Below, piece after piece: positions 34,550 through 45,178 of a stretch of DNA of 64,000 bases; position 1 is the first letter of the stretch; each line of letters begins with the position of its first letter. Source of the stretch: Piedraia hortae CBS 480.64 (Eukaryota); contig MU005997.1 in the NCBI GenBank assembly GCA_010093745.1, positions 62,001 through 126,000 on the forward strand, in the 5' to 3' direction. The position numbers were made by a program, and so were the translations under genes. The notes under the pieces are model-generated. The model saw only the letters and a program-made list of their open reading frames with translations, did no database searches and was not told where the DNA came from.

Positions 34550-35788
34550 ATGGCTGACGACCAAATCTTTTCGCTAAAGGGCAAGTCGCTGAAGCTCGAC
34601 AACGCCAATGATATCTCGCCGCACATTATCCCACTGCAAAACACAAACGACATCCGCGAGATCCACCTGGAAGGCAACACTCTGGGTCCGGCGGCATGCA
34701 TCGAACTCGCGCCTTATATCGCTGCACAAAAGGGCCTCCGCGTAGCGAACCTAGCAGACATCTTCACTGGCCGCCTACTGTCTGAGATTCCCACGGCTCT
34801 GGACTCCCTACTGCAAGTCCTCCTCACGCTTCCGGAGCTGCACACAGTCAACCTCTCCGACAACGCCTTTGGTCTAAACACCGTCGCACCATTAGAGTCC
34901 TTCCTCGAGCGTAGCTCGCCCCTGAAACACCTCTACCTCAACAACAACGGCCTAGGCCCCGAAGCGGGCGCGCGCGTAGCCAAAGCTCTCGCCAAGCTCG
35001 CGGAGAAGAAAAAACAAGACAGAGCCCCCGACCTCGAAACTATCATCTGCGGCCGCAACAGGCTCGAATCAGGCAGCATGGAGGCCTGGGCGGAGGCGTT
35101 CCGCGCAAACAACAAGGTGACCACCGTCAAAATGGTCCAGAACGGGATCCGAAAGGAGGGAATCGACCGACTGATCCGTAAGGGATTGAGTCAATGTAAT
35201 CAGCTGAAGGTGTTGGATCTACAGGACAATACTTTTACGCGTTTTGCCGCCACTGCTCTGGCCGAGACGCTACCTTCTTCTTGGCCGCAGATACAAGAGC
35301 TTGGAGTGGGCGATTGTCTCCTCTCTTCGGCTGGTGGTCGTCTCCTCGCGTCCGCGTTGGCAAAGGGGAAGAATGCAAACATCAAGACGCTTAGACTGCA
35401 GTTTAATGAGCTTCGCTCGGAGGTCCTTGCGTTGCTGTGCGATGCTATTGATAAGGTTGCTGCTTTGCAGAGGGTGGAGCTGAATGGAAATAAGTTCGAG
35501 GCGGAGAACCCGCTGGTGGAGAAACTCACTCTTGCATTGAAAGCGAGGAGGAAAGATGATGCTGACGACGACGATGAGGAGTGGGGGCTCGACGAGCTGG
35601 ACGAATTGGAGGGATCAGATGACGATGACGAGGATGAAAGCGAAGGAGAAGACGAAGCCGAGGTCGAAAGCGACGAAGAAGAAAAGATTGTCAAGGAAGA
35701 CGAACGCAACGAAAACGAACCGGTGGCCCAAGAAAAAGACAAAGACGTCGATGCCCTCGCTCGGGCATTGGAGAAGACGGAACTGTAA
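34550..35788 (+). CDS. RNA1: Ran GTPase-activating protein
   Basis: LRR units with GNTLG, ADIFTGRL, LSDNAFG, NNGLGP, CGRNRLE, QNGIR, LDLQDNTF; acidic tail. Confidence 0.94.
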   Translation: MADDQIFSLKGKSLKLDNANDISPHIIPLQNTNDIREIHLEGNTLGPAACIELAPYIAAQKGLRVANLADIFTGRLLSEIPTALDSLLQVLLTLPELHTVNLSDNAFGLNTVAPLESFLERSSPLKHLYLNNNGLGPEAGARVAKALAKLAEKKKQDRAPDLETIICGRNRLESGSMEAWAEAFRANNKVTTVKMVQNGIRKEGIDRLIRKGLSQCNQLKVLDLQDNTFTRFAATALAETLPSSWPQIQELGVGDCLLSSAGGRLLASALAKGKNANIKTLRLQFNELRSEVLALLCDAIDKVAALQRVELNGNKFEAENPLVEKLTLALKARRKDDADDDDEEWGLDELDELEGSDDDDEDESEGEDEAEVESDEEEKIVKEDERNENEPVAQEKDKDVDALARALEKTEL

Positions 35789-35823
35789 GACGCCATTCCT
35801 TCCCAGGCTATTTTTTTCTTTTT

Positions 35824-38394
35824 TTAAACGTTAATGCCATCAAACTCGGCGTGGCCCAGCGCGAGGTTCATGTTCTGTAAACACTGCGTCGCTGCTCCCT
35901 TTCGCAGGTTGTCTATCGTCACGTTTACCACCACCCTGTTGCCCCCAGAATGCACCGCGAAGCCCCCAATCTCCACGCCGTTCCTGTCCTTGATGTCTTT
36001 GACTAATGGCGACTCGCCCGTGACCTTGACCAGGTCTTCGCCGTGGTAGCGGTCTTGGTAGAGCTGTCGAATGTCGCGGGAAGTCATCTTCTGGGATAAG
36101 GGGATGGATATGGTGTGGTGGATCCCAGAGAACCAGTCAGCCACGTGTGGGATGAACGCCACCGGAGTCCCAAGATGATGGCTGATTTCACGCTCGTGGA
36201 TATGATCCGTGAGGCTGTACGGGATCAAGTTGTCTCGAAGCAGCTCCACGTCGTTCTTGGGCGACGGCTTCGTGCCTGCCCCAGAGTATCCTGATACTCC
36301 AAACACCGTGGGATGAGCCGTGGGAGACAGGAACTTTAGCAATGGTGCAATGCCCAGCTGGGCAGCTGTTGCATAGCATCCCGGGTTGCTGATGCGTTTG
36401 GAAGACGCAATCTTCGACCTGGGCGTAAGTTCAGGCAGACCATAGGTCCACTTGTCGTTGAAGCGGTAGTCTGCAGAAAGATCGACCACAACGGCCTCAT
36501 CGTGGCCAGACTCGTCAATGGCATCGACGTACGGATGACAGACTCCGTTTGGCAGTGCCATGACCCAGCAGTCTACTTCCTTGGCAGACGCCATTCCATG
36601 TACATCATCAGGTGTGAGGCTCTCATACATAATCTTCTTCTTCCCGTAACTTGAAAGATGCTTCCCCTTTAGCTCACGCGAGGAGACATGGCAGAGATCC
36701 ATGTATGGATGTGCCGCTAGGAGATCGATGAGCGCCTGACCAGTGTACCCCCGAGCTCCAATAAGAGCAACTCTAGAAGGATAGTTCTTTTCCTTGTTCT
36801 TCACCCCAAACGGCGGATTGGGATTGGTCGTGTACATTCTCCTTTGCGCCGTCGAAAACGATCTTTTTCTCATCAACGCCGCTGCCCCGGCACGGATCCG
36901 CTCAGCAGAGGCCGCTGCCCGATGCAACTGCGACTCTAGATTGATGTCTCCAAACATCTTTCGTCCATGCTCCACAAACTCACTCATCAACTGGCGAATC
37001 TCTTCTGGGCCCTCGATGCCATACCAGAATAAGACCTCCCCTTTCCGCGCTATGCTGCCCTCTGCTTTCTCCGCAAACCACATCAGATTGTCATCGTCTT
37101 GCTTGACCGTCCACGCAAGTTTTGGAAAATCGCGCTTCAGATTTTGGAAGATGTTATCTGCAATGTTTGCCCGCCACGCTGATTTAGTCATTGTGAGGGT
37201 AGACAGGTGAGCGATTGGGCCCTTCTCCGACGGCAAAACAATGCCTAAGGCTTGCATATCGTTGTCAAAGTAGGCACGGAATTTCTGGCCTTTCAGTGAC
37301 TCGATATAGCGATCAACGACGGCTGTGGAATCCAGGCCATCTCGCTCCCTGACCAGCACCTTCTTCACCTTGGCCAAGTCTTGAAACTCTGACAGAGATG
37401 TGGCTTGTCGTAGCTTTGTTCCCCGACGGATCAGCGTTCCCGCCCCTGAGTCTGTAAACAGCTCCTTTTCCAGTCTGGCGGGATGGATAATCGCCACGCT
37501 GGACGTGGGCGGGAGCTCATCCAGCAGCGTCTTGATATCGCGTATCTTGCTGCGGGTACCGTGAATCACCCACGGTTTCTTCATGTACTCTTCGTACTCC
37601 TCGTCCAAGTTGATAGCTTCAATCAAGCGATTGGTTTCCTTATCGTAGATGCCACCTTTTTCAGAGAGATAGACCGTCTTCAGCGGCACCAAAGTCCGGG
37701 CCAGCTCCGCTGCAGCCTTGTCTGCGTTTACATTCAGCGTCTGACCCTCTGCAGTCTCTGCCATGCAGGTCAAGATGGGTATATATCCCTGAGCAATGGC
37801 CGTGTGGATGCTAGCCACGTTCACGTGGTTTATCTCACCCACGAACTTGTACGTCTCCTTGTCCTTGTAGGTAGCCTTCAAGACTCCGTCAGTGATCGGC
37901 CGCGCCGGCACTCCCAACTCTTCCAACCTGTTGACAAGCTTCAGGTTCTCTTCCAGAAAGAGCTTCTTGGCGATTCCCAACGTCTTCCCGTCGGTTATGC
38001 GAATGCCTTCCTTGTATTGCGGCTCAACGCCGGCCTCTGCCAGCAGCTTGTTCAGCTGCGGGCCTGCTCCGTGGATGACGACGGGAAACAGGCCCATTTG
38101 GTTGAGATTCCGCAGGCTGGCGCATAGTTGGTCGAGATGGTCCGTCAAAACGGCCCCACCAACCTTGATGACGGCAAACTGCTGCGAAGAAACTGAAGTG
38201 AACTGGTCCAAATAACGCTGTACCTCGCGCTTGGAAGCGATATTGTTCAACACGCTGATCACGGCTGCCCGGGCTGCGGCATCATCATGACGGGAAGTAA
38301 ACGCTCGGTGCTGTATCCTACAGAATCTTGGGAATTGCCGCTGACGCAGCGCACGCGTCACTAATGGACGGATTGGACGCATAGTGGTAGTCAT
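35824..38394 (-). CDS. ARG5,6: Mitochondrial acetylglutamate kinase / N-acetyl-gamma-glutamyl-phosphate reductase polyprotein
   Basis: Arg-rich presequence, QQFAVIKVGGA, HGAGPQLN, LNVNAD, internal RSFST linker, IGARGYTG, ISNPGCYATA, DNLRKGAATQ. Confidence 0.96.
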   Translation of the reverse strand: MTTTMRPIRPLVTRALRQRQFPRFCRIQHRAFTSRHDDAAARAAVISVLNNIASKREVQRYLDQFTSVSSQQFAVIKVGGAVLTDHLDQLCASLRNLNQMGLFPVVIHGAGPQLNKLLAEAGVEPQYKEGIRITDGKTLGIAKKLFLEENLKLVNRLEELGVPARPITDGVLKATYKDKETYKFVGEINHVNVASIHTAIAQGYIPILTCMAETAEGQTLNVNADKAAAELARTLVPLKTVYLSEKGGIYDKETNRLIEAINLDEEYEEYMKKPWVIHGTRSKIRDIKTLLDELPPTSSVAIIHPARLEKELFTDSGAGTLIRRGTKLRQATSLSEFQDLAKVKKVLVRERDGLDSTAVVDRYIESLKGQKFRAYFDNDMQALGIVLPSEKGPIAHLSTLTMTKSAWRANIADNIFQNLKRDFPKLAWTVKQDDDNLMWFAEKAEGSIARKGEVLFWYGIEGPEEIRQLMSEFVEHGRKMFGDINLESQLHRAAASAERIRAGAAALMRKRSFSTAQRRMYTTNPNPPFGVKNKEKNYPSRVALIGARGYTGQALIDLLAAHPYMDLCHVSSRELKGKHLSSYGKKKIMYESLTPDDVHGMASAKEVDCWVMALPNGVCHPYVDAIDESGHDEAVVVDLSADYRFNDKWTYGLPELTPRSKIASSKRISNPGCYATAAQLGIAPLLKFLSPTAHPTVFGVSGYSGAGTKPSPKNDVELLRDNLIPYSLTDHIHEREISHHLGTPVAFIPHVADWFSGIHHTISIPLSQKMTSRDIRQLYQDRYHGEDLVKVTGESPLVKDIKDRNGVEIGGFAVHSGGNRVVVNVTIDNLRKGAATQCLQNMNLALGHAEFDGINV

Positions 38395-38751
38395 GCGGCA
38401 GCTATCTGCTACGGTGCGAGGTAGGAAAATTGTGAGACGACCTTCCCTTTCAGGGAAAGCGTTGGAAACCCAAAGCTTGGTTATCTTGGACTCTGAATGC
38501 ACCTTCTGTCAAGGATGGCATTCGCAACCTTCTTCTCCTACAAGTCTGGTCAATAGGGCTTCAGTATTCGGACATTTATTGACATCAAACGGGTGCCCGT
38601 TGAGGCGTCAGCTGTTCGATAATCAACGTTTACCGCCAACCTTGGACTAGTGCAACGCTGACACAATCACATTTCACGCGACGCTGTTCATGGCAGACAT
38701 CAAAGGCTTTTCATTGGCTGTCGTTAGCTTTCATTAGGACATCTACCTAAT

Positions 38752-39358
38752 TTACAGCTTCGCAAGCACCGCGTCAGCGCCAGAAACCTGTTCTCCGTCA
38801 GTAACATGTACCACATTCAGATAGTCATGACAACTTACCGTCACCTGGCCCGGGTTGCTCTCGTTCTCCGCGTAGCTGATGGTACCGTCCTTCTCAATGA
38901 CCATGGCCCAGCGACCATTGCGATCGCCCATCCCGGCAGCCCAGCCGTAGTTCTTCGAAAACTGGGTCTTGGTATCGCTCATTAGGAGAATCTTGCTGTC
39001 AGGCTTGATGCCATTGACCTTCCCCCACGCATTCATGACCCAGGCGTCGTTGATAGCGATGACGACAATCATGTCAACGCCCTTGTTAAAGAACTTGCTG
39101 GCCTCTTTGATGTACGGAGGCAGGTGATGAGCCTGACATCCGGGCGTAAAAGCTCCAGGTACAGAGACGAGGACGACCTTCTTTCCGCTAAACTCCTTGG
39201 ATGCATCATACGTCTGCGGAATGCCGCACGCAGTTGGGTCAGGGTCCGTGATTGGTGCGTACCTACATGGTTAGGCTGCTGCGAACTTTAACGTGACAGG
39301 CAGCTTACTCAAACTTGACATCCTGGGGGAACTTGTCTCCGGCTTTGAGAGGTGCCAT
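38752..39358 (-). CDS. AHP1: Peroxiredoxin Ahp1/Pmp20 (Prx5 type) with PTS1, 3 exons
   Basis: MAPLKAGDKFP..|..ACGIP..KVVLVSVPGAFTPGC...HLP, NDAWVMNAWG; ends in AKL; last intron 38788-38838. Confidence 0.9.
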
Positions 39359-39405
39359 GGTGCGTTTGACAGGAACTTTCGGTGGGCGACTTAAAAGCAA
39401 CAATT

Positions 39406-39443
39406 GCCCCCCTCCATGCCCCTCCATGCCCCACTTTGCGTCA
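39406..39443. promoter_or_regulatory. Tandem STRE-like CCCCT repeats and a TTGCGTCA site in the 149-bp AHP1/MSC7 divergent promoter
   Basis: gcccccctccatgcccctccatgccccactttgcgtca. Confidence 0.4.
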
Positions 39444-39507
39444 CTGGCACGTTAGCGTCGCTCGCGTGGGTTTTTGGAATTTTCCAATTAGGGTTTCTCG
39501 CTTGCAA

Positions 39508-41325
39508 ATGTACTTGATCTCGCTGGTTGCCGCAGCAGTCGTTGTGGTATTGACTTTGTTGATATGGAATGGGTTTCAGAAAGATTCGGGGGAAGTCGCC
39601 GATGTCAAAGTTCCCATTCCAGACCAGTGCAAACCTGGATGGAAGGGAAACATCCTCGATAGCCCAACAGTGAACCTCCCAAATTCAAATGACATTCAGT
39701 GTTATGCGCCGGCCAGCGGAAAATTACTCGGATTTGTCACAGCAGCTACCCCTCAAGACATTGACAGGGCTGTGTCTGCCGCTGCCGAGGCGCGACTCCA
39801 TTGGTCCAAGACATGTTTCTCGGAGCGCCGGCGGGTTCTCAAGACTCTTTTGAAATTCATTCTCGACCACCAAGATCTCTTGGTGAAAGTGGCTTGCCTC
39901 GATAGCGGCAAGACAAAGATCGACGCCTTATTCGGAGAAGTTTTGGTGACGGTCGAAAAGCTTAAATGGACTATCAAGCACGGAGAAACAGCGTTACGGG
40001 CAGAAAATAGGCCGACCAATCTGCTCATGTTGTACAAACGAAATACGGTACAGTATGAGCCTCTTGGAGTTGTAGGTGCTTGTGTCAGTTGGAACTATCC
40101 CTTTCACAATTTCATCGGACCCGTAATCAGTGGCTTGTTCAGCGGGAACGCCATACTTGTCAAAACTAGCGAGCAAACGGCGTGGTCATCGGGGTATTAC
40201 GCAAAAGTTATTTCCTCAGCGCTTGCTGCTTGCGGCCATGATCCGAATCTGGTGCAGGCTGTGTCGTGTTGGCCGGAGACCGCTGATTACTTCACAGGTC
40301 ACGTCGGCATTCGCCATCTGACGTTCATTGGCAGCCGGCCAGTGGCGCTCAAAGTTGCACTATCAGCAGCCAAGTCGCTGACACCCCTCTGCGTCGAACT
40401 TGGTGGGAAAGATGCGGCCATTATCCTGGATGACCCGGCTGGGTCCAAAGAAAAAGCCAGTGAGATGCAGCGCATAGCGAGCATCATCATGCGAGGGGTC
40501 TTTCAATCTGCCGGGCAAAATTGCATTGGCATTGAACGAGTCATTGCCATGCCACAAGCTTACGATATATTAGTAGAGATGTTGCAACCGCGCATCAAAG
40601 CATTACGTCTGGGGGATGACCTTGACGGCAATGTAGACATGGGTGCTATGATTTCCGCTGCATCGTTTGAGCGTCTCGAGACATTGGTTGCTGAAGCAGT
40701 CGCTCAGGGAGCCAAGCTTTTGGTAGGTGGTCGCCGATGTGAACATGGTCGATATCCCAAGGGTCACTACTTTGAACCAACCCTACTTACAGATGTTTTA
40801 CCTTCGATGCGTATAGCTCAGGAGGAACTCTTTGCACCAGTCTGTACTTTGATGCGGGCTTCGTCTGTGGAATCGGCGATTCAACTCGCCAACGACAGTC
40901 GATATGGGCTGGGATGTAGCGTCTTCGGACCTACAACAACCACCGCTGGCAGGGCCCAACTTCAGAGAGTTGCTCAAGCAATGCAAACAGGCATGGTGGC
41001 AATAAACGACTTTGCCGTATACTATGCTGTACAGCTGCCCTTTGGAGGGACCAAGGAATCAGGATACGGTCGTTTTGCTGGTGAAGAAGGGTTGAGGGCG
41101 TTGTGCAATGTCAAAAGCGTATGTGAGGATCGTTGGAATGGTTTAATCAAAACAACTATTCCATCGAGCCTGGATTATCCCATGCAGAGTAAAGCCTGGG
41201 AGATGGGTCAGGGTGTGATCGAGGTGGGCTACGGAGAGAGTTGGACCCGACGGTTCCGCGGCCTGAGAAAGATGTACCGGGGTTCCGTCAACGATCCGAC
41301 CCCGCCTTCCACGACCCCGCCTTGA
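39508..41325 (+). CDS. MSC7: Msc7-like aldehyde dehydrogenase with an N-terminal membrane anchor
   Basis: N-terminal TM, IQCYAPASG, ACVSWNYPFHN, LTFIGS, VELGGKD (Glu), SAGQNCIG (Cys), QEELFAP, LPFGGTKESGYGRFAGEEGLR. Confidence 0.88.
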   Translation: MYLISLVAAAVVVVLTLLIWNGFQKDSGEVADVKVPIPDQCKPGWKGNILDSPTVNLPNSNDIQCYAPASGKLLGFVTAATPQDIDRAVSAAAEARLHWSKTCFSERRRVLKTLLKFILDHQDLLVKVACLDSGKTKIDALFGEVLVTVEKLKWTIKHGETALRAENRPTNLLMLYKRNTVQYEPLGVVGACVSWNYPFHNFIGPVISGLFSGNAILVKTSEQTAWSSGYYAKVISSALAACGHDPNLVQAVSCWPETADYFTGHVGIRHLTFIGSRPVALKVALSAAKSLTPLCVELGGKDAAIILDDPAGSKEKASEMQRIASIIMRGVFQSAGQNCIGIERVIAMPQAYDILVEMLQPRIKALRLGDDLDGNVDMGAMISAASFERLETLVAEAVAQGAKLLVGGRRCEHGRYPKGHYFEPTLLTDVLPSMRIAQEELFAPVCTLMRASSVESAIQLANDSRYGLGCSVFGPTTTTAGRAQLQRVAQAMQTGMVAINDFAVYYAVQLPFGGTKESGYGRFAGEEGLRALCNVKSVCEDRWNGLIKTTIPSSLDYPMQSKAWEMGQGVIEVGYGESWTRRFRGLRKMYRGSVNDPTPPSTTPP

Positions 41326-41369
41326 TCAATCACGTCATCGTTTCGCTGACAAGAACAAGACAGTCAAAG

Positions 41370-41646
41370 ATGCCCATCATCCCAGAGAAAGGAGACGGTA
41401 GGATTTAGCCTGTAGTACATCCCATTCTGAATCTGATAAACCTCAGACGTATCGCAGCGCCTTGCTGAAGCATCCAAAGATGGAGACAACTCTGAATCCA
41501 ACAAGAAAGGCTCCGACAAAGATGACCAGAAGTTAGCGACTATGCAAGATCATCAAGGGAATCTTGGGCCAGCTATTGCATCAAACCTGCCTGAAGCTGC
41601 AAGCAAAGAGGAACTCAGAAAGCGTGCAGAAGAACTCAACAAGTAG
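41370..41646 (+). CDS. Small hydrophilic protein, 75 aa (absent from the ORF track)
   Basis: MPIIPEKGD|DVSQRLAEASKDG...HQGNLGPAIASNLPEAASKEELRKRAEELNK*; intron 41398-41446 with CTGAT branch site restores the frame. Confidence 0.75.
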
Positions 41647-41733
41647 ATCAACGGGTCAAGTAATTCACAGGCAGCGAAGATAATCTACTTCGAGACTCGG
41701 CTACTCAAATGGAATCTGTACGGTATCATCCTA

Positions 41734-42591
41734 TCATGGAAGAATCTCTTCACCCTTCCAATCCCAACATCTCCCCCTCTGCTCCACTTTAAGCCTATTG
41801 ATAACATTCATCAACTTCTCTGCCGCGAATTCCGGCTCAAACAATTTGTCCTCTGCCACATTGCCCCAAAACCCTTCACTAAGACCAGTCTTGACCGTTC
41901 CAGGATGCATCGCAACAGCAACAGCCCTGTCACCTGCAACCGTTTTCAAGTGCAGGTCGAACGTCTTTGTGATCTGGTTCAGTGCAGCCTTGCTACTTCT
42001 ATAGCTGTACCAGCCACCAATGCGATTGTCTGAAATGCTACCCACTCGTGCAGACATGTTTACCCACACTGCCATAGACGGCATTCCAACATCACAGGTG
42101 GATGCCACTTCAGTATACTTTTTGGGCAGAAAGCGGCCAAAGTGTTTTGCGAGGATTAGCGGTCCCAAGGCGTTTGTTTGAAAGGTTCGTAGTGCATCAT
42201 TGTACGATACCTGAGAGGGTGATCTTTCGGGATGCAAGATCCCAGGGAGGCTAAAGACCAGATGCAAGTATCCTTTCTCTCCGATGAGAGAGGAGACTCG
42301 TTCAGCGGCACGAAAAAAGCTTTCCTCCTCTTTTGAATGCGAGCCCCGTTGTTAGCGGAAGTTGTTACGTGTGCACGGCTACATACGAAGAAAATCAAGA
42401 GGAAGAACGGTCAATCTGTCCTCTTTGACGTCTGTGCCTATCAGGATGGATCGTTTGGTGGCGTCAACATCCTCGGCTCTACGAGCTGTGGCGACGACAG
42501 GAAGCAACGACTTCTGCAGCACATTACGGGCTATGGAACGACCGATTCCGCGCGATGCAGGAGTTACCAGCGCCCAAGGCTTGGGCGACAT
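41734..42591 (-). CDS. Short-chain dehydrogenase, C-signal (CsgA)-like
   Basis: WALVTPASRGIG, VVATAR, one intron, PGILHPE, NALGP, MSARVGSISDNRIGGWYSYRSSKAA, HPGTVKT. Confidence 0.88.
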
Positions 42592-42874
42592 TGTGATTAA
42601 TTACAGCGAGCGGGGAATGAATGACGCATGATTACAGCATGCTGGTAACGGCACAAACCGTTGTTGCCGTGCGCAACGAGAGAATAAACGGTCAACACAA
42701 GAGGCAGAGAGCGGCAGAGAACAATGGAAAGCGCTGTGCTGCGAACGTACCGTGTTAACAGCAACAGTCCCGGTGAGTCGGACAAAGAGATTTTCCGAGC
42801 TGTAGGCTGACGTCTTTGTCACAGCCAGCCCGTGCAAGCAACAGACGTTTCGGATTGAGGAACAAAAGATTGAC

Positions 42875-43759
42875 ATGAAGCCGTCGTCGTCCACCATCCG
42901 TCACGTCAGCGGCCTCGCGCCGTCCACGTCGGCCAACAATTCCGCACCAGTTCCCGCCCCTGACGGTAATGCGCAATCCATGGACGACGGTCCCCAATGG
43001 AGCGCCATCGGCCACGCCACAACGGGCGGTAAGTCCGGGAGAATCATCGAGAGGCTGATGAGCGACAATGACAAGCTCAACCGCCAACTCAAAGCCGCCG
43101 AGCTCAAAGTATTGGCCTACCAAGATGAATTAGCGCTCTTCAAGCCGCGCATGGATGCGCTGAAGCACGAAAACGAAAACATGCTCCACGCGAGCAGTGT
43201 CGATTCCTCTCTCCTAGCCCGCCGAGAGCGCAAAATCGAAGAGCTGAAGTCTGACCTCAAGTTCCAGACCGAGCGGGCAGAAAAGGCAGAGTCCTCTGCG
43301 CGGAGATCACGCGCGGAACTGGACGAACTGCGCAAGAAGCAGAGCAGAGAAAACCAAGCCCTTGTCGATGAAGCCAAGCACGCAGTCACGCACTCGGAAA
43401 TCCTCGAAACCAGCTATCGCCAGCTCAAGACCGAGTTAGCCACAAGAAAAGAAGTCTGGGAAAACGACCTCAAAGCCCTCAAAGCCGAACAGAGGGACAA
43501 CAAGACACGCTTTGCGCGCCTGGACCTTGTGCATGAGCAAATGAGACTAGAAAACGAGAGGATGAAAAAGGTCAATGAAGATCTCAGAGCTCTGTGGGAC
43601 GGGTGCGAAAGGGATTATAAAGCCTCGTTGGAGGGCGCACAAAGGGAAGAGGAACTCTTGCGGGAAAAAAGAAAAGAGATGCAGGACACTCTGGATAAAA
43701 TGAAATGGGTCATGGCTTTGAATGCTGAGAGAGGTGGTGGCGGTCGTCAAGGGCGATGA
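42875..43759 (+). CDS. Coiled-coil protein (resembles Pezizomycotina proteins annotated She3-like)
   Basis: WSAIGHATTGGKSGRIIERLMSDNDKL followed by long heptad repeats; ends KMKWVM. Confidence 0.65.
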   Translation: MKPSSSTIRHVSGLAPSTSANNSAPVPAPDGNAQSMDDGPQWSAIGHATTGGKSGRIIERLMSDNDKLNRQLKAAELKVLAYQDELALFKPRMDALKHENENMLHASSVDSSLLARRERKIEELKSDLKFQTERAEKAESSARRSRAELDELRKKQSRENQALVDEAKHAVTHSEILETSYRQLKTELATRKEVWENDLKALKAEQRDNKTRFARLDLVHEQMRLENERMKKVNEDLRALWDGCERDYKASLEGAQREEELLREKRKEMQDTLDKMKWVMALNAERGGGGRQGR

Positions 43760-45178
43760 TTGTCACGGTTGAAGCATCAACATGTATAGATATCTTGCAC
43801 GGGTCATGGGGTTATGATGGAGTTTGGGCGGTGGTTGATATGTTCATTTTTGAGGTCATGGTGATGAAATTTTCACGTTTCCAGTTCGGTCATCTGGGTC
43901 TGGTAACCGCGGTGACTTTGGGTGGTCATGTAGGTTAAGGTACGGTTCATGTTCAGTCGTCTCGAAGGCTGTGTTCTCCCAAAGAGTATCTGCAGAATTG
44001 AATGTCACCTAGCCTGTGTCTCTATTGTTTGCCAAGGGTAAAACGAAGACCAGTGTTGGTTCAAGCTAGACAAACTTATGCGTTTCACCGAGGATCTAGT
44101 GAAATCCTGATGTTCACACTATTAGTCCTGGCCAAGTAAGATCATCATTGGTAGAGGATTCACGCCCGAATATTGCAGCTCTATCTGCTCATCTAACTAG
44201 TGGCAAGAGCCACAAACCTCAAGTTCACAAGATCAGCTGCAAGATCAGTTGTATGTCAACAGCTAGCTGAACCTCGATGCTGCAAATGCTGCAGCGCGGC
44301 TACAAGATGTTGAGCCAAAAGGTCTGCATGTATGAGCATGGCCATTGGACCCGTCTCACGATCAAGTGCATAAATGGGAACCTACGTTGATAAAGGCGAT
44401 TCCTTTTGACAATCTATCTGACTTTGAAAGACGCCCGTTAATGGATGTAATCTTGACAGCGATGTCATGGACGTCAGCCAAAGACAACGGGTCTCGTTAA
44501 ACTTCAACGACGTTTCGTCTTCATCTTTAAAATTAAGGTCAGTGAACCTACGATGATCGACCGGCGCATATGCGACGCAGCTGCAACGCTACGCCGGCTT
44601 TTGTTACGGAGTATATGCAGTCTGGCCTTGTGCCTGGCAACCTTCGGCAATTCCAGACCCATAGAACCCACTGCAAGGAAACAGTGGCCCGTTCAGTGGC
44701 TGCATCATGCATGCAGTCGAACCGGTGTCGTACTACCATCCCGTCTACATGCATAATTGCAAAAAAAGCACTGCTACGTATCCATCCCGTGGGCGGTTAT
44801 CGCGCCGTCGCAAGCGAGGAAAACTGAATACATACAAGCAATGACAGATTTTAGCGAGGTGTGGTTGTCCGCGTTCTAGTGCTCCCGGTAGGTAATCATG
44901 CACGGGGGGGGAATGCAGGTCCGCGACATGCATCATGGTTGGATCGGCAGCTTTAGCAAGGAACCTTGTAATGCGAACAGATTTCCATGGACCTGGGTAA
45001 CAAGGCTATTCAGGGCCAGATCGGGCGACTACACAAAAAGCCCCCAACGGTTTCGTGATTGCCACCATCGATGCGGGCCGATACTATCTGGCTGGTTGTT
45101 TGACTACTGCTTCAAGCCTTGCGTCACTGTAACCCGCATAAGGACTAATACCCGTCTGCCCACCATGTTCTCGTCAAC

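Noticed and set aside
14380..39358. Apparent peroxisome theme (PEX6, PTC7-AKL, AHP1-AKL)
   Set aside because: The genes are spread over 25 kb among unrelated housekeeping genes; no evidence of a cluster.
43950..45150. Long ORF-poor stretch examined for further viral or transposon remnants
   Set aside because: No recognisable motifs in the frames I read; may be promoter/UTR or unrecognisably decayed DNA.
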